DNA of 64,000 nucleotides. Origin: Selaginella moellendorffii (lineage: Eukaryota > Plantae > Lycopodiophyta). The stretch spans positions 455,795 to 519,794 of the forward strand of contig NW_003314357.1 in the NCBI RefSeq assembly GCF_000143415.4. Direction: 5' to 3'. A program made the position numbers and the translations under genes. Within the stretch, counting starts at the first letter, position 1. Every line of letters begins with the position of its first letter. Shown piece after piece: positions 38,556-51,100 of the stretch. A model generated the notes under the pieces. That model saw nothing but the letters and a program-made list of their open reading frames with translations. It ran no database searches and was not told where the DNA came from.

Positions 38556-40181
38556 ATGCTTCTAGCGTCTCCGATCTCCGCCAGATCCGCGACTAACGAT
38601 CTAATCCATGCCAAGCGATCCTTCCAGCACCAGTGTCGCCCGCGGCAGAGGGCATCGATCCAGAACGGATCGCGTCGGATTTCCCGGATTGCTGCTGCTG
38701 CTTCCCATTCGATCGTGGCAGCGAGCGATCCACACTTGGATGCGTGGAAGACGTGGTCAGTGCTGCTGGCATCGGGCGCATTTGGCCTCTGGTAAGATCC
38801 GCCGCCCGGATCCCGACGAATAGGGTTCTTAGGAAATATTTCACCAGGTCCGAGAGAAGCACCAAATGGGGGAGCGCACTGAGCGGCGCGCTGGTGAGCA
38901 CTCTCTTCGCGCTCTTGGCCAGCAATCTGGGCATCCTTGCCACGGAATCGTCAGTCTATGGCACTGTCAATGCCTTCTTGCTGCCTCTCGCGATTCCACT
39001 GCTGCTCTTCTCGGCGGACATGAAGCGTGTTCTCACTTCCACTGGTCGCCTCCTCCTCGTCTTCCTCCTTGGCTCAGGTACGCGATTCTTTCTTCTTTCA
39101 ATGCTCTAAAAGAGAAAACGATTTGGTGGCAGTGGCAACGATCATAGGAACTTTGGTGGCCATGAAGCTCGTTCCATTGACAGGCCTGGGCACCGATGGA
39201 TGGAAGATTGCTGCGGCGCTCATGAGCAGGCACATTGGTGGAGGTAAAGAAGAAAAAAAGAGAGATTTTTCCTGCTTATTCTACTGCTGCTGCAGTCGAT
39301 CGATCATATCGACTCGACTCGATGAATCGATCGTGGCTCCTGACTAGTTTACAGCCGTGAACTACGTTGCTGTCTCGGAGGCACTTGGAGCATCGCCGTC
39401 GGTGGTAGCATCCGGTCTCGCGGCTGACAACTTGATCTGTGCCGTGTACTTCACGACGCTCTTCGCATTGGCATCTTCCATTGCAGCCGAAGAAAAAACA
39501 GGTCTCGAGAATAGTTCATCCTTGTGTTCTCTAACTTTCTTCTTGATCCTTGCAGAGAGTTCTTCCGCAGCTACTTCTCCCGAAAGCAAGAACGAGAAAG
39601 CTGAGATCAAAGTGCTCGAGGCATCCTTTGCGCTGGCTATATCGGCCGGAGTGTGCTCGGCAGGAGTGTGGTGCTCCAACATTATCGGATATCGCAGTGG
39701 AAGCATGGCGGTGATCACAGCCCTGGCCGTGATCCTGGCAACGATGTTTCCATCACGTCTCGGCCCGCTGGTATCGACTGGCCAAGGCCTCGCTCTCCTC
39801 CTCATGCAGGTAAACCAACCTTCCTCTCTCGATCACCATCTCTTCGATCATCCACAGGTTTTCTTCGCGACAGTGGGTGCCAGTGGGAGCATTCGCTCCG
39901 TGCTCGCCACCGCTCCATCGCTCTTCCTCTTCTGCGTCGTCCAGATTGGAGTCCATTTGCTCATCGTCCTGGGAGTCGGGAAGCTCCTTGGAGTGGAGAA
40001 GCGTTTGCTCCTGCTCGCTTCCAACGCCAACGTCGGCGGCCCCACGACCGCCGCTGGAATGGCCACCGCCAAAGGCTGGACGAGCTTGATCGTCCCGGGA
40101 ATCCTCGCCGGCATCTTTGGCATCTCCATCGCTACCTTCCTCTCCATCGCGCTGGGCATCACCCTCCTCCAAAAGCTCTAA
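38556..40181 (+). CDS. DUF819 family multi-pass membrane protein (YjcL-like) with a probable transit peptide, multi-exon
   Basis: GAFGLW|SERSTKWGSALSGALVS, NYVAVSEAL and ASNANVGGPTTAAGMATAKGW motifs; introns at about 38792-38847, 39078-39132, 39244-39354, 39502-39555 and 39810-39858. Confidence 0.85.
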
Positions 40182-40256
40182 AGCTCACTAAGTCGCTGGT
40201 CAAACATGGTCAAGCTTGGAATATTCTCCCAAGCTTGGAATATTCGCCCTTCTTCC

Positions 40257-41480
40257 TCAGTGCTTGAGGAGAGCGTCGGCGTACCTCAAGAGAGGGTCGA
40301 GGCAGTCGGCATGGAACTTGCGCGCGAACATGAATCGCCCATCGCTCTCCTCTTGCAGCCCGTGGAGGAACCCTAGATCGATCTCCTCGGCGCGGTACAT
40401 GGTGGGATGCCCATCGTTGTTCTCGGCCCATTTCACATTCGTGAGCGTGAATCCGTGGCTCCCGGCTTGATCCTCGACCCTCATCACGGTCGAGAAGTAG
40501 TGCTCCTCGGTGTAGCACGAGGAGGCCGCGAATTCGGGCAGGCAGGGCGCCCGGAATTTGTTCCACAGCCGCCGCTCGCCCACCAGCAGTCGCGCGTGAT
40601 CGCGGGTCACCACAAACCACTGCGATCCCACCGCGAATTCCCCGAATTGGAGCTCCGGAAGCATGGATCCCTCGCCCCGGGCGTTGTATCGCGACCAGAG
40701 GAGGTCCGATTGCGTGATGATCTCCAGGAAGCTCTTGCGCGGCGACGCTGCCAGGCGCTTGTGGAGCCTGTGGAACCCGTGGAGAGGGATGCAGCTGTCG
40801 GAGATCATGGCGAAGAATTGGTTCTCGGGATCGTCGACGAGCGCGTTTGCGAGGAGCCTTTTCATGGCCAGGACGAGCGATGGAGCTCCTCGCTCGGTCC
40901 TGTCGCTGGGGATCATCCGCCCCCAAAAGGCGCTGCTGCGATTGAATGCCCGGAACTGGAAGGGATCGGCGTGGACGTAGATGTTGTAGAGATCCTCGTG
41001 CCCGCGGAAGAATCGATTCCACAGCGGCTCGAATGGGATCGCCCCAGTCGTTAGGAAGAGAAACGCTACCTTGGAAACCGGCGGCGCGGCGGCGGCGGCG
41101 GCGGTGGCGGCGGTGGCAGCGTTGGCGGCGATGGTGGCACCCAAATCATTCTCGAATTTCTTGAAGATTTTATGACTCACACCCAACAATCTTGGCGAAT
41201 GGATTTGCTCTGGCAGTACGGTGGCGTTGTGCATCGCCATGGCGCGATCGAAGAGCTCCTCGTCGCTCCAGCTGTGGAGCAGCGACGTACCTCGATCGAT
41301 CAAGAACATGCCCGCCGAAAAGCGGCGATTCTCGGCCAAATTCGAGCTCTTGGGCGCCGCCGCGAGGTTGAGGGCGGGCAAGCTACACTGGAAGTAGAGG
41401 ATTAGAGGGATGAGCAGCAGCGCACAGGGAAGAAAGAGCCGGGAGAGCGCTGCCATAGCCATCGTTGACGAAAGCCCCAT
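40257..41480 (-). CDS. DUF266/BC10-like (GT14-like, core-2/I-branching) glycosyltransferase
   Basis: N-terminal TM anchor; KVAFLFLT, RLLANAL, ISDSCIPL, GSQWF, CYTEEHYF, FARKF motifs. Confidence 0.92.
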   Translation of the reverse strand: MGLSSTMAMAALSRLFLPCALLLIPLILYFQCSLPALNLAAAPKSSNLAENRRFSAGMFLIDRGTSLLHSWSDEELFDRAMAMHNATVLPEQIHSPRLLGVSHKIFKKFENDLGATIAANAATAATAAAAAAPPVSKVAFLFLTTGAIPFEPLWNRFFRGHEDLYNIYVHADPFQFRAFNRSSAFWGRMIPSDRTERGAPSLVLAMKRLLANALVDDPENQFFAMISDSCIPLHGFHRLHKRLAASPRKSFLEIITQSDLLWSRYNARGEGSMLPELQFGEFAVGSQWFVVTRDHARLLVGERRLWNKFRAPCLPEFAASSCYTEEHYFSTVMRVEDQAGSHGFTLTNVKWAENNDGHPTMYRAEEIDLGFLHGLQEESDGRFMFARKFHADCLDPLLRYADALLKH

Positions 41481-41756
41481 TTCTTCTTCCTCTATCGTTT
41501 GATCACGTCAAGCGATGGCGATCGCATTTCCTGACGATCGGGAGCGAGGATTTCTCGCTTGGTCGACCAAATTCTTTTCTCCGCTAGACTTGCTGTTCAT
41601 CGCAACCACCTATAGGTATGGTGCCAAACAGTGAACTGGCAAACCCTAAAAACGACGGGCTTCGCGTGGTGTGTGGTGGCGCGCGACAAAGTGTCACATG
41701 CAAGGACGGCCACGTGGCCGAATTAAAGAATACCGTTACTTGTTTACTAAATCCAG

Positions 41757-42170
41757 CTTTATTCCATCTTCTTACCCTCCTCCTTTAACCTACTTGGGTT
41801 AGGAATTTTCACGTTGCCATTTTACCATTTTACTTAAAGTATGATATTTCTTAGGGTTCTTCAATGTTTTAGTCGGAGGGGAATGCGGGTAAGAGAAGAT
41901 CGATTATGGGGGAAGCTGAGCGATCTACAAGAGGAAGAAGAAGAAGAAGACGAGGGTTTATAGAGGGAGGAATGCGACAGCGGCGGAAGATTTCGTGGCT
42001 TTTGTTCGAGAGAACCATGCGCCGCAGGGAGAAGAAGCTTTCCCGGCGGTAGTGGCAGATCATCCTCACGTCTTTTATGGGGGTTTTCGCTTCCTGATAT
42101 GCACGAAGGAGGACAGCGCCGATGAGATCAACTCGACGCTACCTTTCAACGTTTTCACGGATGGTTCTTT
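41757..42170 (+). repeat. Truncated paralog of the 5' end of the RNase H gene at 62280-62755
   Basis: High identity by eye, e.g. AFVRENH...NVFTDGS; homology stops right after FTDGS. Confidence 0.85.
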
Positions 42171-42606
42171 GCCTCCATGGAGAGAGATGGAGGTGTTCGA
42201 TGGAACGAACGCCCAGTTCTGGGAGAGGTGGTGACGAATGGTGACAATGCTGGAGCATCGCCACGGCATCTGTCCAAGCATTCTCATCCTCGGGATCGAT
42301 GAAAGAGTCGTCCGCTACTCCTGGTCCTGGTAGCATAAACAAGCCCAGGTCGATATCGAGGGCTGGAGAGATTCGCAGCCTCTCAGGAGCCAGCCAATGA
42401 TCGGGTCCCCGCCCCACTTCTGGCGATGCGCTCCAGCCCCCGCTCCATGCCTCCACCCTGTGCATTAAAACCACCTGGACCGTTTCCGGACCCGAGTTGA
42501 ATCCCCCTGGACCGCTCCAGGAGAGCTTCTGGCATTTGGATTAAATCCTCGTCCAAGTCGTCTCAAGCCGAGGAAATAAAGAAGAAAAGCGTGGTTCCCG
42601 TAGTCT

Positions 42607-43410
42607 CCATGGAGGATTTGTCAAGTGGGAGATGGGAAAGGTGCTTGTTTTGTCCTAGAAAAACTTTGATATACTAACATGCTTTCTTGTGTGCTGTGAA
42701 GAGGGACGATAGAAAAGATAGCATTGCTGTTCCGCTTGTAGAGCGTCACGAAGTGGGATGATCTTCGGATTGTGATTTGTGTGGCTACTATAAAGCTTTG
42801 GAAGTTCTGAGTTGTGATTTTTATTTCTAGCGGCAGAAAGAAGTGAGCAGTACATCGGACATGCAAGAGTCTGTCCAGACAAGTCCACTCCTACATTATC
42901 GAGCCATCTCTCTCGATTTTTGACTTCCTGGCATATGTAAGTTTATATTCCCAAACAGGAAGTAGTGCCAAAGAGAATCACGGAGATGGAAGAAGCTTTG
43001 TCCAAACGCGATTTCTCTTCCTTTGCCAAGACGGACAGCAACCAGTTCCATGAAACTTGCCTCGACACCTCTCCACCATTTTTCTACAGGAACGATACCT
43101 CCAGAAGGATCATTGGACTCGTGGAGAGCTGGAACAAGCCCGAAGTCCTCAGGTATTTTTTTATTTAATCAGATTTCGTTACATTGATGTGAGAACATTC
43201 CAGGCAGAGTACACTTTTGATGCTGGACCAAATGCAGTGATTTTTTTTCCCCAGAAATTTGGAGGAGCGTTGCTGCATCGTTTGCTCTACAAGTTTCCCC
43301 CGGAAGGCATGGATTTATCAAGGTAAAATTAATTTCTTTTTTTCTACGATTAGTAGTTCTAAGGCGTGGTTTGCCGCTATGTTGTTAACTCAGGGCTTTT
43401 GGAGGCTTTA
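42607..43410 (+). pseudogene. MVD: 5'-truncated diphosphomevalonate decarboxylase fragment with introns
   Basis: [78 protein letters not shown]; small deletions and frameshifts; N-terminal half absent. Confidence 0.88.
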
Positions 43411-44830
43411 GGCCCGGCCAGGGAAGGGCGCTTATTTGTGTGAATATCTGTGTATTTACATACTTTACAATATAAAATAAATGATCATTTATAAAAGCCA
43501 TTTTAAGAAACTACTATAAAGTTTACTTTTATAAAGTTTTTCTGAAGTGTTAGCATACCTGCTGGGACCGAAAGATGATATTTGTTTTATACTTCCTTTA
43601 AAAGATTATATGGTATTCTTAGGTTCTTCAAATTCAAGCTAAGTTATGAATTTTAATCATTCTCAAATTATAACGTAGTAAAAATATTTTTAAATTCATA
43701 TGTTTTAGCCTTAAACTCCATTGGTATATTAGGTTTAGCATCTATATTTAGCTAGAAGGGTCTGTTTCTTGCTAAGCATATTTAGCCCAACTCCTAGTTC
43801 TCTTTACTCTAACTTAATCTGCCAACTCTGTGATAGCTTGGGCACTCTTGCTACCATGCCCATTCAAGTCCCTCCATAAAAGTCTTGCATATAATTTTGA
43901 ATATCTCTTTATAATTTGTATAGCACAAGATAGGATGAAAATTGAATCATTAGAACTTTAGAAGATAATGAGGATCAATAGTGTCATCAATCAATTGCCA
44001 ATTTTATTAAATGAAATACACTAGCTAAATGCAATTTCATTAACAATGATTTTATAATAAGAATACAATTTGGCATTCTTTTTTTAATTACTACAATAGT
44101 AAGATAGTTATTTAATTCATGATTAGACCTTTTTGTTGAGTATTAGTAAATTAGATTTAGAATTTGCCATTTGTACTAAGCTAGATGAGGAAAACAATTT
44201 CCTCAGTGTGTTTATTTATTCAAGTACTTACTATTTTTATCTAGAACTGTCATTATTATTTTGTATCATTTCTTAACTATAAAAACTAGATTTACCATTT
44301 GAGTAATATAATTCACTTGGATGCCTTCTGTTTATGGTTTGCTTTATCCAAAGAATTTGACATGATGATCTGAGCAAATGCAAGGAAGTATCACTTCTTT
44401 CCTGCCTCGAGGGATGAATGTTACATATGATATGGGAGGACTTTGAATCTGCCTTAGTCCCCCCCTATGTTAATATGGCTCAAAGAACTAAGATGAGCTT
44501 GGGAATTCTTTTTTGTTTTGTGTTGCATTGGCTTTCTTGTATTGTTGATATTGAGTATTACTTAATTAATATTGATAAACAGATGTAATATTTTTCCTTG
44601 CCAACTGGCAAGCATGCTGATAAAAAAACAAAAATACAGTTTATGTTTAAATATTTGTTATTTTTTAAAACAATACAGAGTGATGATGGGGTTCCAGCTT
44701 GTCAGTGATCTGGAGGCAATCCCAACATGGAAGCCATCACATCTACTCAGAGCTGCAAACTCACCTTACCACTCCATTTGCCTAGTTAGCAATCATCAGA
44801 GTCAGAGGCAATGACAGCAATAGAGCAGGT

Positions 44831-44832
<2 letters not shown>

Positions 44833-44863
<31 letters not shown>

Positions 44864-44885
44864 TTCTCTCTCTTTCTCTCTCTCT
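44833..44885. repeat. (CT)n microsatellite
   Basis: Direct reading. Confidence 0.9.
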
Positions 44886-45008
44886 GCATTGGATTATAGT
44901 ATATACTAGAATATTCAAATATATCCAATATCAAACCAAGAACTAAAAATTTTGAAAACTTAAAATTTTAAAAGTTTCAAAATATGAAAACTAATATGAG
45001 GTCTTAAT

Positions 45009-45938
45009 TTAAGGTTTATTTTTCCATATTAACTTTTTATGAGTACTAGAAAAAGAATTTATTGTTAGATATCCATTATTTTCAATTGTTAAAACAGCAA
45101 ATATTAGACAATTTTGGTTATAAACATCACTTTTCCAATATATATTGCTTTTATCATCAATTATAAGTAACTGACCATCACTTTGAAGGTGAAGATAACA
45201 AAATGTATCATATTTAATGGACATAGTAGACCATATAGTTTTGTAATTCTTAACATCTTGAACTAGTAAATTACAATTTTTTAATTTTGCTTTAAATTCA
45301 TTGTTTGTAGATACTAAAGCATTATTATTTATTATATGTGTACCAAGAAATTTTAAAGGACCACTTATCAATTGTGTGCGATATGGCCAACATTGTAAAA
45401 TATCATGATCAATAGAGTTATATAATGCATTATCATCAGGTAGGCCTTTGGGATAATCTATATGAGGGTATATTTCCTTAGGATGTCTAGTAGAATTTCC
45501 TAATGCATAATAATCTATTGAAAAATATCTATATAATACAATCATTGCTTTTGGGGCATATTGATAAACATGATATTCTAAAATGCGTAACATTTGAAAA
45601 AACATATTACGAACATAAAAAGATTGAAACTGAGAATTTGGTGGAAGTGTATTACAATTATGAAAGTTTCTTATATCAAATAGATTTATATAAAGTCTCA
45701 TAGCTACTCTTTGCCTTTGATTACCAATAAAAACTTCCCATCCATGATAAGTTCCATTATTACCAACTGTTATAAGCATATTGGGATTTATGCTGTTAAT
45801 TAAAACTCTAAATCTATCTATTAATATAAAAATGTCTCTATTAGAAAAATGACCATAAATTACGCTCCATCTTGCTTGAGGTGGTTGAGCATCACAACTA
45901 AAACTAAGAAGAAATAACCATAAAATTATATAAACCAT
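45009..45938 (-). CDS. Secreted protein: unknown N-terminal domain plus C-terminal bulb-type (GNA/B) lectin domain
   Basis: Intact 309-aa ORF; signal peptide MVYIILWLFLLSFSCDA; B-lectin pattern NCNLLV..IWST..CYLHLQSDGQLLI..YWKS..LTIENNGYLTI..IW. Confidence 0.75.
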   Translation of the reverse strand: MVYIILWLFLLSFSCDAQPPQARWSVIYGHFSNRDIFILIDRFRVLINSINPNMLITVGNNGTYHGWEVFIGNQRQRVAMRLYINLFDIRNFHNCNTLPPNSQFQSFYVRNMFFQMLRILEYHVYQYAPKAMIVLYRYFSIDYYALGNSTRHPKEIYPHIDYPKGLPDDNALYNSIDHDILQCWPYRTQLISGPLKFLGTHIINNNALVSTNNEFKAKLKNCNLLVQDVKNYKTIWSTMSIKYDTFCYLHLQSDGQLLIIDDKSNIYWKSDVYNQNCLIFAVLTIENNGYLTINSFSSTHKKLIWKNKP

Positions 45939-48191
45939 ATTATTTTGATATAGAAAATCAGGTTTTAAATTATAAAGTGTAATATGGTTGTAAAAAACTG
46001 AATGTATTTAAGTTAACTTTTAAAAATATAATATTAAGCTTTACTTTCATAAAGATAACTTTTATTTATAAAAAGATAGATAAAAAAGGTTGAAATTCCT
46101 TTAATTTTATATTTATGCTTCTATCTCTTGCATACTCACTACTTTTTTATTTTATTGAGCTGGCACATTCCAAGTCATAGAGATTCCCAGAATATTCCTT
46201 GAACAATATTCCTCTAGAATGTTCTTTTTCCCCAAGGGGATTAGAGGTTAACTAAGGATTTACCATTGTGCTCTCTATAACACATCTATAGAGTTTTGTC
46301 TTTCTCCCAAGAGTATGTTAAGGGTTAGCCCCCTCAATAAATGGTGATCACAGTGGAATGCCTTAGGCAAGCCAACATTCTATAGTTTTGTTGTACTTGT
46401 GTCCAGACTAGAACCTCTAGTTCTTGTTGGCGGTGTCTTGGGTTGGGAAATCCTGTAGATTTCATAGTTTTCTTTTGGTTCCTTTCATTTTCTTTCTTCT
46501 TTTTTGCAACTCTAAATTTCAATTGTAAATTCTCTCGTTTTGAAGCTCCATTTCTTGTGTTGTTTGTTATACAGGTAGATCTTCTCCTAAGATTTTTAAC
46601 AGTGTGCATCTTTCTTAATTTCACTCTCAGTTTCACAATATGTGAGCCCAAGGATCCTTGTTTAAGCACCTTCTTTTCTTGTGTTTTGTGCCTTTGTTTT
46701 GAGTGTTTTCTCTTGTGGATTCTTTCTCAAGCTTTTAGATCTCTTTGAGAGATTTCTCTAAACACAGGTTTCATCATTTTTCATTCAATATCAGCCATGT
46801 TTGAGAGAGTTCTTACTTGCTTGGAAGTTGTCTTTTCTTTTCTTCCCGCTAGTGAAGTATGAATGCTTTATATAGGCACAAAGATCTTGTTTGTAGGTTA
46901 CAATAAGGCATTTAGATTTAGGCACATGTAAGCTTTTTCTCTTCTCTTCTTTTCTCTTTGAGCTTTGCATGGTTCTCATCATCATAACAAGGGGTTCTTG
47001 GCTTCTTAAATCCTAACTTTGAACTTCTATTATACACTTTGATCTCTTATTTCTTTAGAGAGTCCTTATGCCCAATGCTTCATAGTAGATCTCTTACTCC
47101 AAGCTTGGATGTAATACACATTCATGGTATTTGTGGTCGTGACTTTGAAGGAGCCTTTAATTAGTCTTTGGAGTGGCACATTAGAGTTTCCTCTTCACAT
47201 CCGTCCTCTTTTCTTCTCTTTTGCTCATTATCAATTGGGTTTAGTGTCAATATTTCTTCATGGTGAATGCCACTTCTTTTTTAATTTTCACTTCATTTTC
47301 ACATCTACTTTGTGGGAGCAGCAGCACAGATTAGTAGGAGGCACATATCTTCACAAGAAAAAGAATTGAGTGAGTTCTGCATCAATATCTCAAGATCTTC
47401 ACTCAACTTGGTGGTAATGGCAAATGCCCTGGCTTAGAAAATGCAACTGAAAATGTCCATGGACCCAAAATTGGCAATAAGTTCTTTGAGGATGTGGATG
47501 TGCACCCCCCTTCAGCATATTTCTTGGCTAGGTATTTGCCACATTTCTGGATTATTGTGGAGATCCCTTTTGGGCCAGCATATTTAGCAACCTGAATTTA
47601 CATTAACTTTGTAGTAGTTTCTTGGTTATGAGCAATGACTACTTTTACTTCATCTCTACCTTCCAGCATTATCTTTCTTCTCTCTTTCACTTTCTTTCTT
47701 CTTTTATTTTTCCTGTTGTCTTGGCAAATGCCTCTTTTGGGCATTTGTGAGTGGTCCCTAGAGTTTATCCCAATGGGTTTTCCCTATAGTCTAGAACTTT
47801 TCACTCTCTGCTTTCTTCTTCCTCTTTCTTCAATCTTTGGTTCTTCATTTTGCAGTATCTATCCTCATGAAGATTCTCCACATTTAGGATTTTACAGCAT
47901 CTAGAGCATCTTGGTGTTTTTTGAGTGGTAGGGCATGGGTTCTTGTGTGACAGAGCCATGCACGGTCCTCTTCTGGTCACTACTTGTGTTGGAGCTCTAA
48001 AGTCACAAAGATTCTTGGTGGGGCATTTGTAACAAGCATCTTTTCGCTTCTTCACTAGGTCAATATGGGTTTTTGGGTTGGGGCCCTGCACAATTCTTCT
48101 GTGGTCGCTTGTTGAGCTAATGTATTGGAGCTACAGAGGTAAGAGAATATTTGTTAAGTAAATATTCCTCTAGAATATTCTTTTTCACTAT

Positions 48192-51100
48192 ATTAGGGGA
48201 AAGGCATGATAGCGAGGGTGTTTGGCAGACACGATAAGCTATCATTTAATGATATTGAGGGACCAATTTCAATATCACGGGGGTTCTTGATACTAGCAAG
48301 TCCAAGCCAATGGAACAAGTTTCTCAAAACAGGCCGAGTATGCTCAGCAAGAAACACATAGGGTTCCTACTTTATGTTTATCAAATCTAAGTGCATGTTC
48401 ATTGACCAGTTTCTCAACTAGCTCAAGTGGGAACTGATAATGGGTCTAGCAATACTAACCTCCTGCCGTCGTGGCAGTAAGGTAAGAGTGTCCGTAAGGA
48501 CTGGTTGACAAGTAACTTTCGATACCTGAAGTCACATTCGCGACACTCTCCCCCCTAGGGAAGATCGACGTCCTCGTTGATGCATACTCGAGTCTAGAAT
48601 ACCGCCAAGGAAACAACTCCAGAAAAAATTCATAGTATTCACACTATGTGAGAAATGCACCGACTTAAATGAGTTAGGAGGCAACCTCTTTGTCTAACGC
48701 GGATGCCCTACTAGCTCAGACACCTTCCGGCCGTCGCCGATAAGGAAATGACCAATAGAGTTAGCCACCCTTGCTGCTCTGGGTGTCACTCAACTACAAA
48801 AGTGTGATACACCCCTGCCCGCAAGGACATAGATAGAAAAGCTAGAGGCCCCAACCCTCCTGAGCAAAGAAACCAAACCCGTCGGTAAGGTTTAGATAGA
48901 CTACTGTCAACAGGTAGTTAGAGTTGTTTACACGGTCACGCCCTTTTTAACGGAATAAGGAACATCGACAGAGAGGCGGGTTATGTGATCAGTCGATAGT
49001 AGCTACCCCATGACTAGAGATTTCAACATGCACACGAAGTGCTGAAGCCAATCTGCCTATACTGGCCCAAACTCAAAGATCAATAGATGGACAATATCAA
49101 AGTCATAGACAATGATATCTTAGAGATTTAATTATCAGTGAATAAAGCTTAGATTAGAATACAAAAGTATTCCAAGTAAGTTATCATCCGATAAACCAGT
49201 ATTATAAGATAGAAACCACCAAGATCATCATAATTGGTAAACATAGGAATCACCATCTAACAAAAGTCAATAGCAAGTAGATTATCAAGGAAACTCAATA
49301 ATGAAACTTAACTACCGAAAATGGCAGATAATATGCCAAACAACTCATAAAACACAACTCAAAAAACATAAAGTATCATTGACTAACAAGCACAATGCTC
49401 GTGAATGTATCACCTGAAAGAAATAACATCCTAATCTATCGAAACTAACTCGAGCAATAATCAATAGAACAGAATGAATATGGCAAGACCAACAAACATA
49501 GCGTTCATGCCAACCATCGCACTAGCCAATCCAAATAGATCCCAACCAACAACACCAAGGAACTCAAGTTGCCTAAGCAAGTGTTAGCAACATCCTACTA
49601 ATGTCTCAAACCCAAGAGACCAATCTAGAACAAACCACAAAAAAAATATGTGGTAATGCAAAAAGCCATAAGCTATCAAAGAAAACAACTAACCATCATG
49701 AAAGATCATTAATTATCCTATCAAAAGAGATATGCAAAATCATCGTCAAAGAAGGAATCCACCATCTCGAAGAATAGCAAATCAGTCTAGATTAACGATA
49801 ATCAAGCAAAACCTTCGACAAGGATAATCAATTATCCTAGATGATAGTCAATCATAACCATTGATTGCCAGATGCAAATACTAACTTCAACATCAAAGCT
49901 AAAGAGCCAAAAATGCCTTCCCCCGACAACTTCGGATAAATGGAACAATGAGTATGAAAACTCAAAAAACCAAAAGCTCGAAGAAGCCTATAATTAAGTC
50001 TTTCCTAATAATGATCATAAGTCTCATAAAAGCTAACTTCAATGCTAAAGAAGAAATCATGGTGCAACCCACAATGTCTTCCTCAACACATCCATAAGCC
50101 AAACTTTATAATGCCAAAGCTAATGAAGAGTATTTTTGCATCAATCCAAAAGCCAAACACAATGGAGCCATGCTCAACAAGTGATCACTAAACGATCCTC
50201 CATGAATTCATCTATAGCAAGACGTAACTCACTTCATAACAAGCACAAGAAGAATCATCAATGATCAATATATCCCAACTGAAATCCAACAAAGATTTAA
50301 TCACTTCAATATCAATCACTAACTCTTCCTCTCGTAAAGCTAGTATAGTTCATGATTAAATCACTTTTCAAAGAAAAACTAAAGCTCAACCCCTACTAAA
50401 CAATCTCGTCTAGAACACAACTAACTCAACTTGCCACTTAGTTCATTTGAACGTCAACACAGTTGCTAACTAGCAAATGCACAAATGTCAATAACACAAA
50501 GCCATAGCCAAATCATCAACACTATCTTCATCAAGACTAATGAAACTCGACATCAATTTTGTGGAGAGACATCTCATCTCACTCAAGTCTCAATATCAAC
50601 AATGTCAATGATAAGGCATCACTTCAATGCCATCAACACTAAGACAAAGCTAAAAGAAAGCAAGAGTGAATCACCACTCGGAGCTTTTTAGCAACCAAGC
50701 TAACCAAAGTCAAAGATACTATACTTAGTATCCGAGACTAATCATTCAGCAAAACTCAGTTTTAGATAACATATGATCAAGGAGTGATTCACCACATCCA
50801 CATTGTAAAAAACCAAAGAGAACGACTTGAGAGATGATCTATAGGGGTTCAAATATAGAGGGAAAGGGCCCATAAACAAGAGTGCACCCCCTTTTCCAAT
50901 TGGTTAAGGGTCTTGGGATACTTGGGGTTAAGCGTCCTTGGGTTTGAATAGTACTGGGCTGGGTGACCTCCCAGGAAGTCCAAATTCAGGAGCTTACATT
51001 TGGTATTAGAGGGGTCTTAAATCCAACAGAGAAATTCAGGAGCTTACATTTGGTATCAGAGGGGTCTTAAATCCAACTCTGTTGGTTGGATAAAGGAATC

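Noticed and set aside
40210-41054. Long overlapping alternative-frame ORFs over the glycosyltransferase and DUF819 genes
   Set aside because: Expected shadow ORFs in GC-rich coding DNA; no motifs
43410-43432. Helitron 3' hairpin after the MVD fragment
   Set aside because: Weak GCCC/GGGC stem with no CTRR terminus at the expected distance
50927-50981. 5S rRNA gene
   Set aside because: Only the internal promoter half is present and it is embedded in LTRs; not a complete 5S gene
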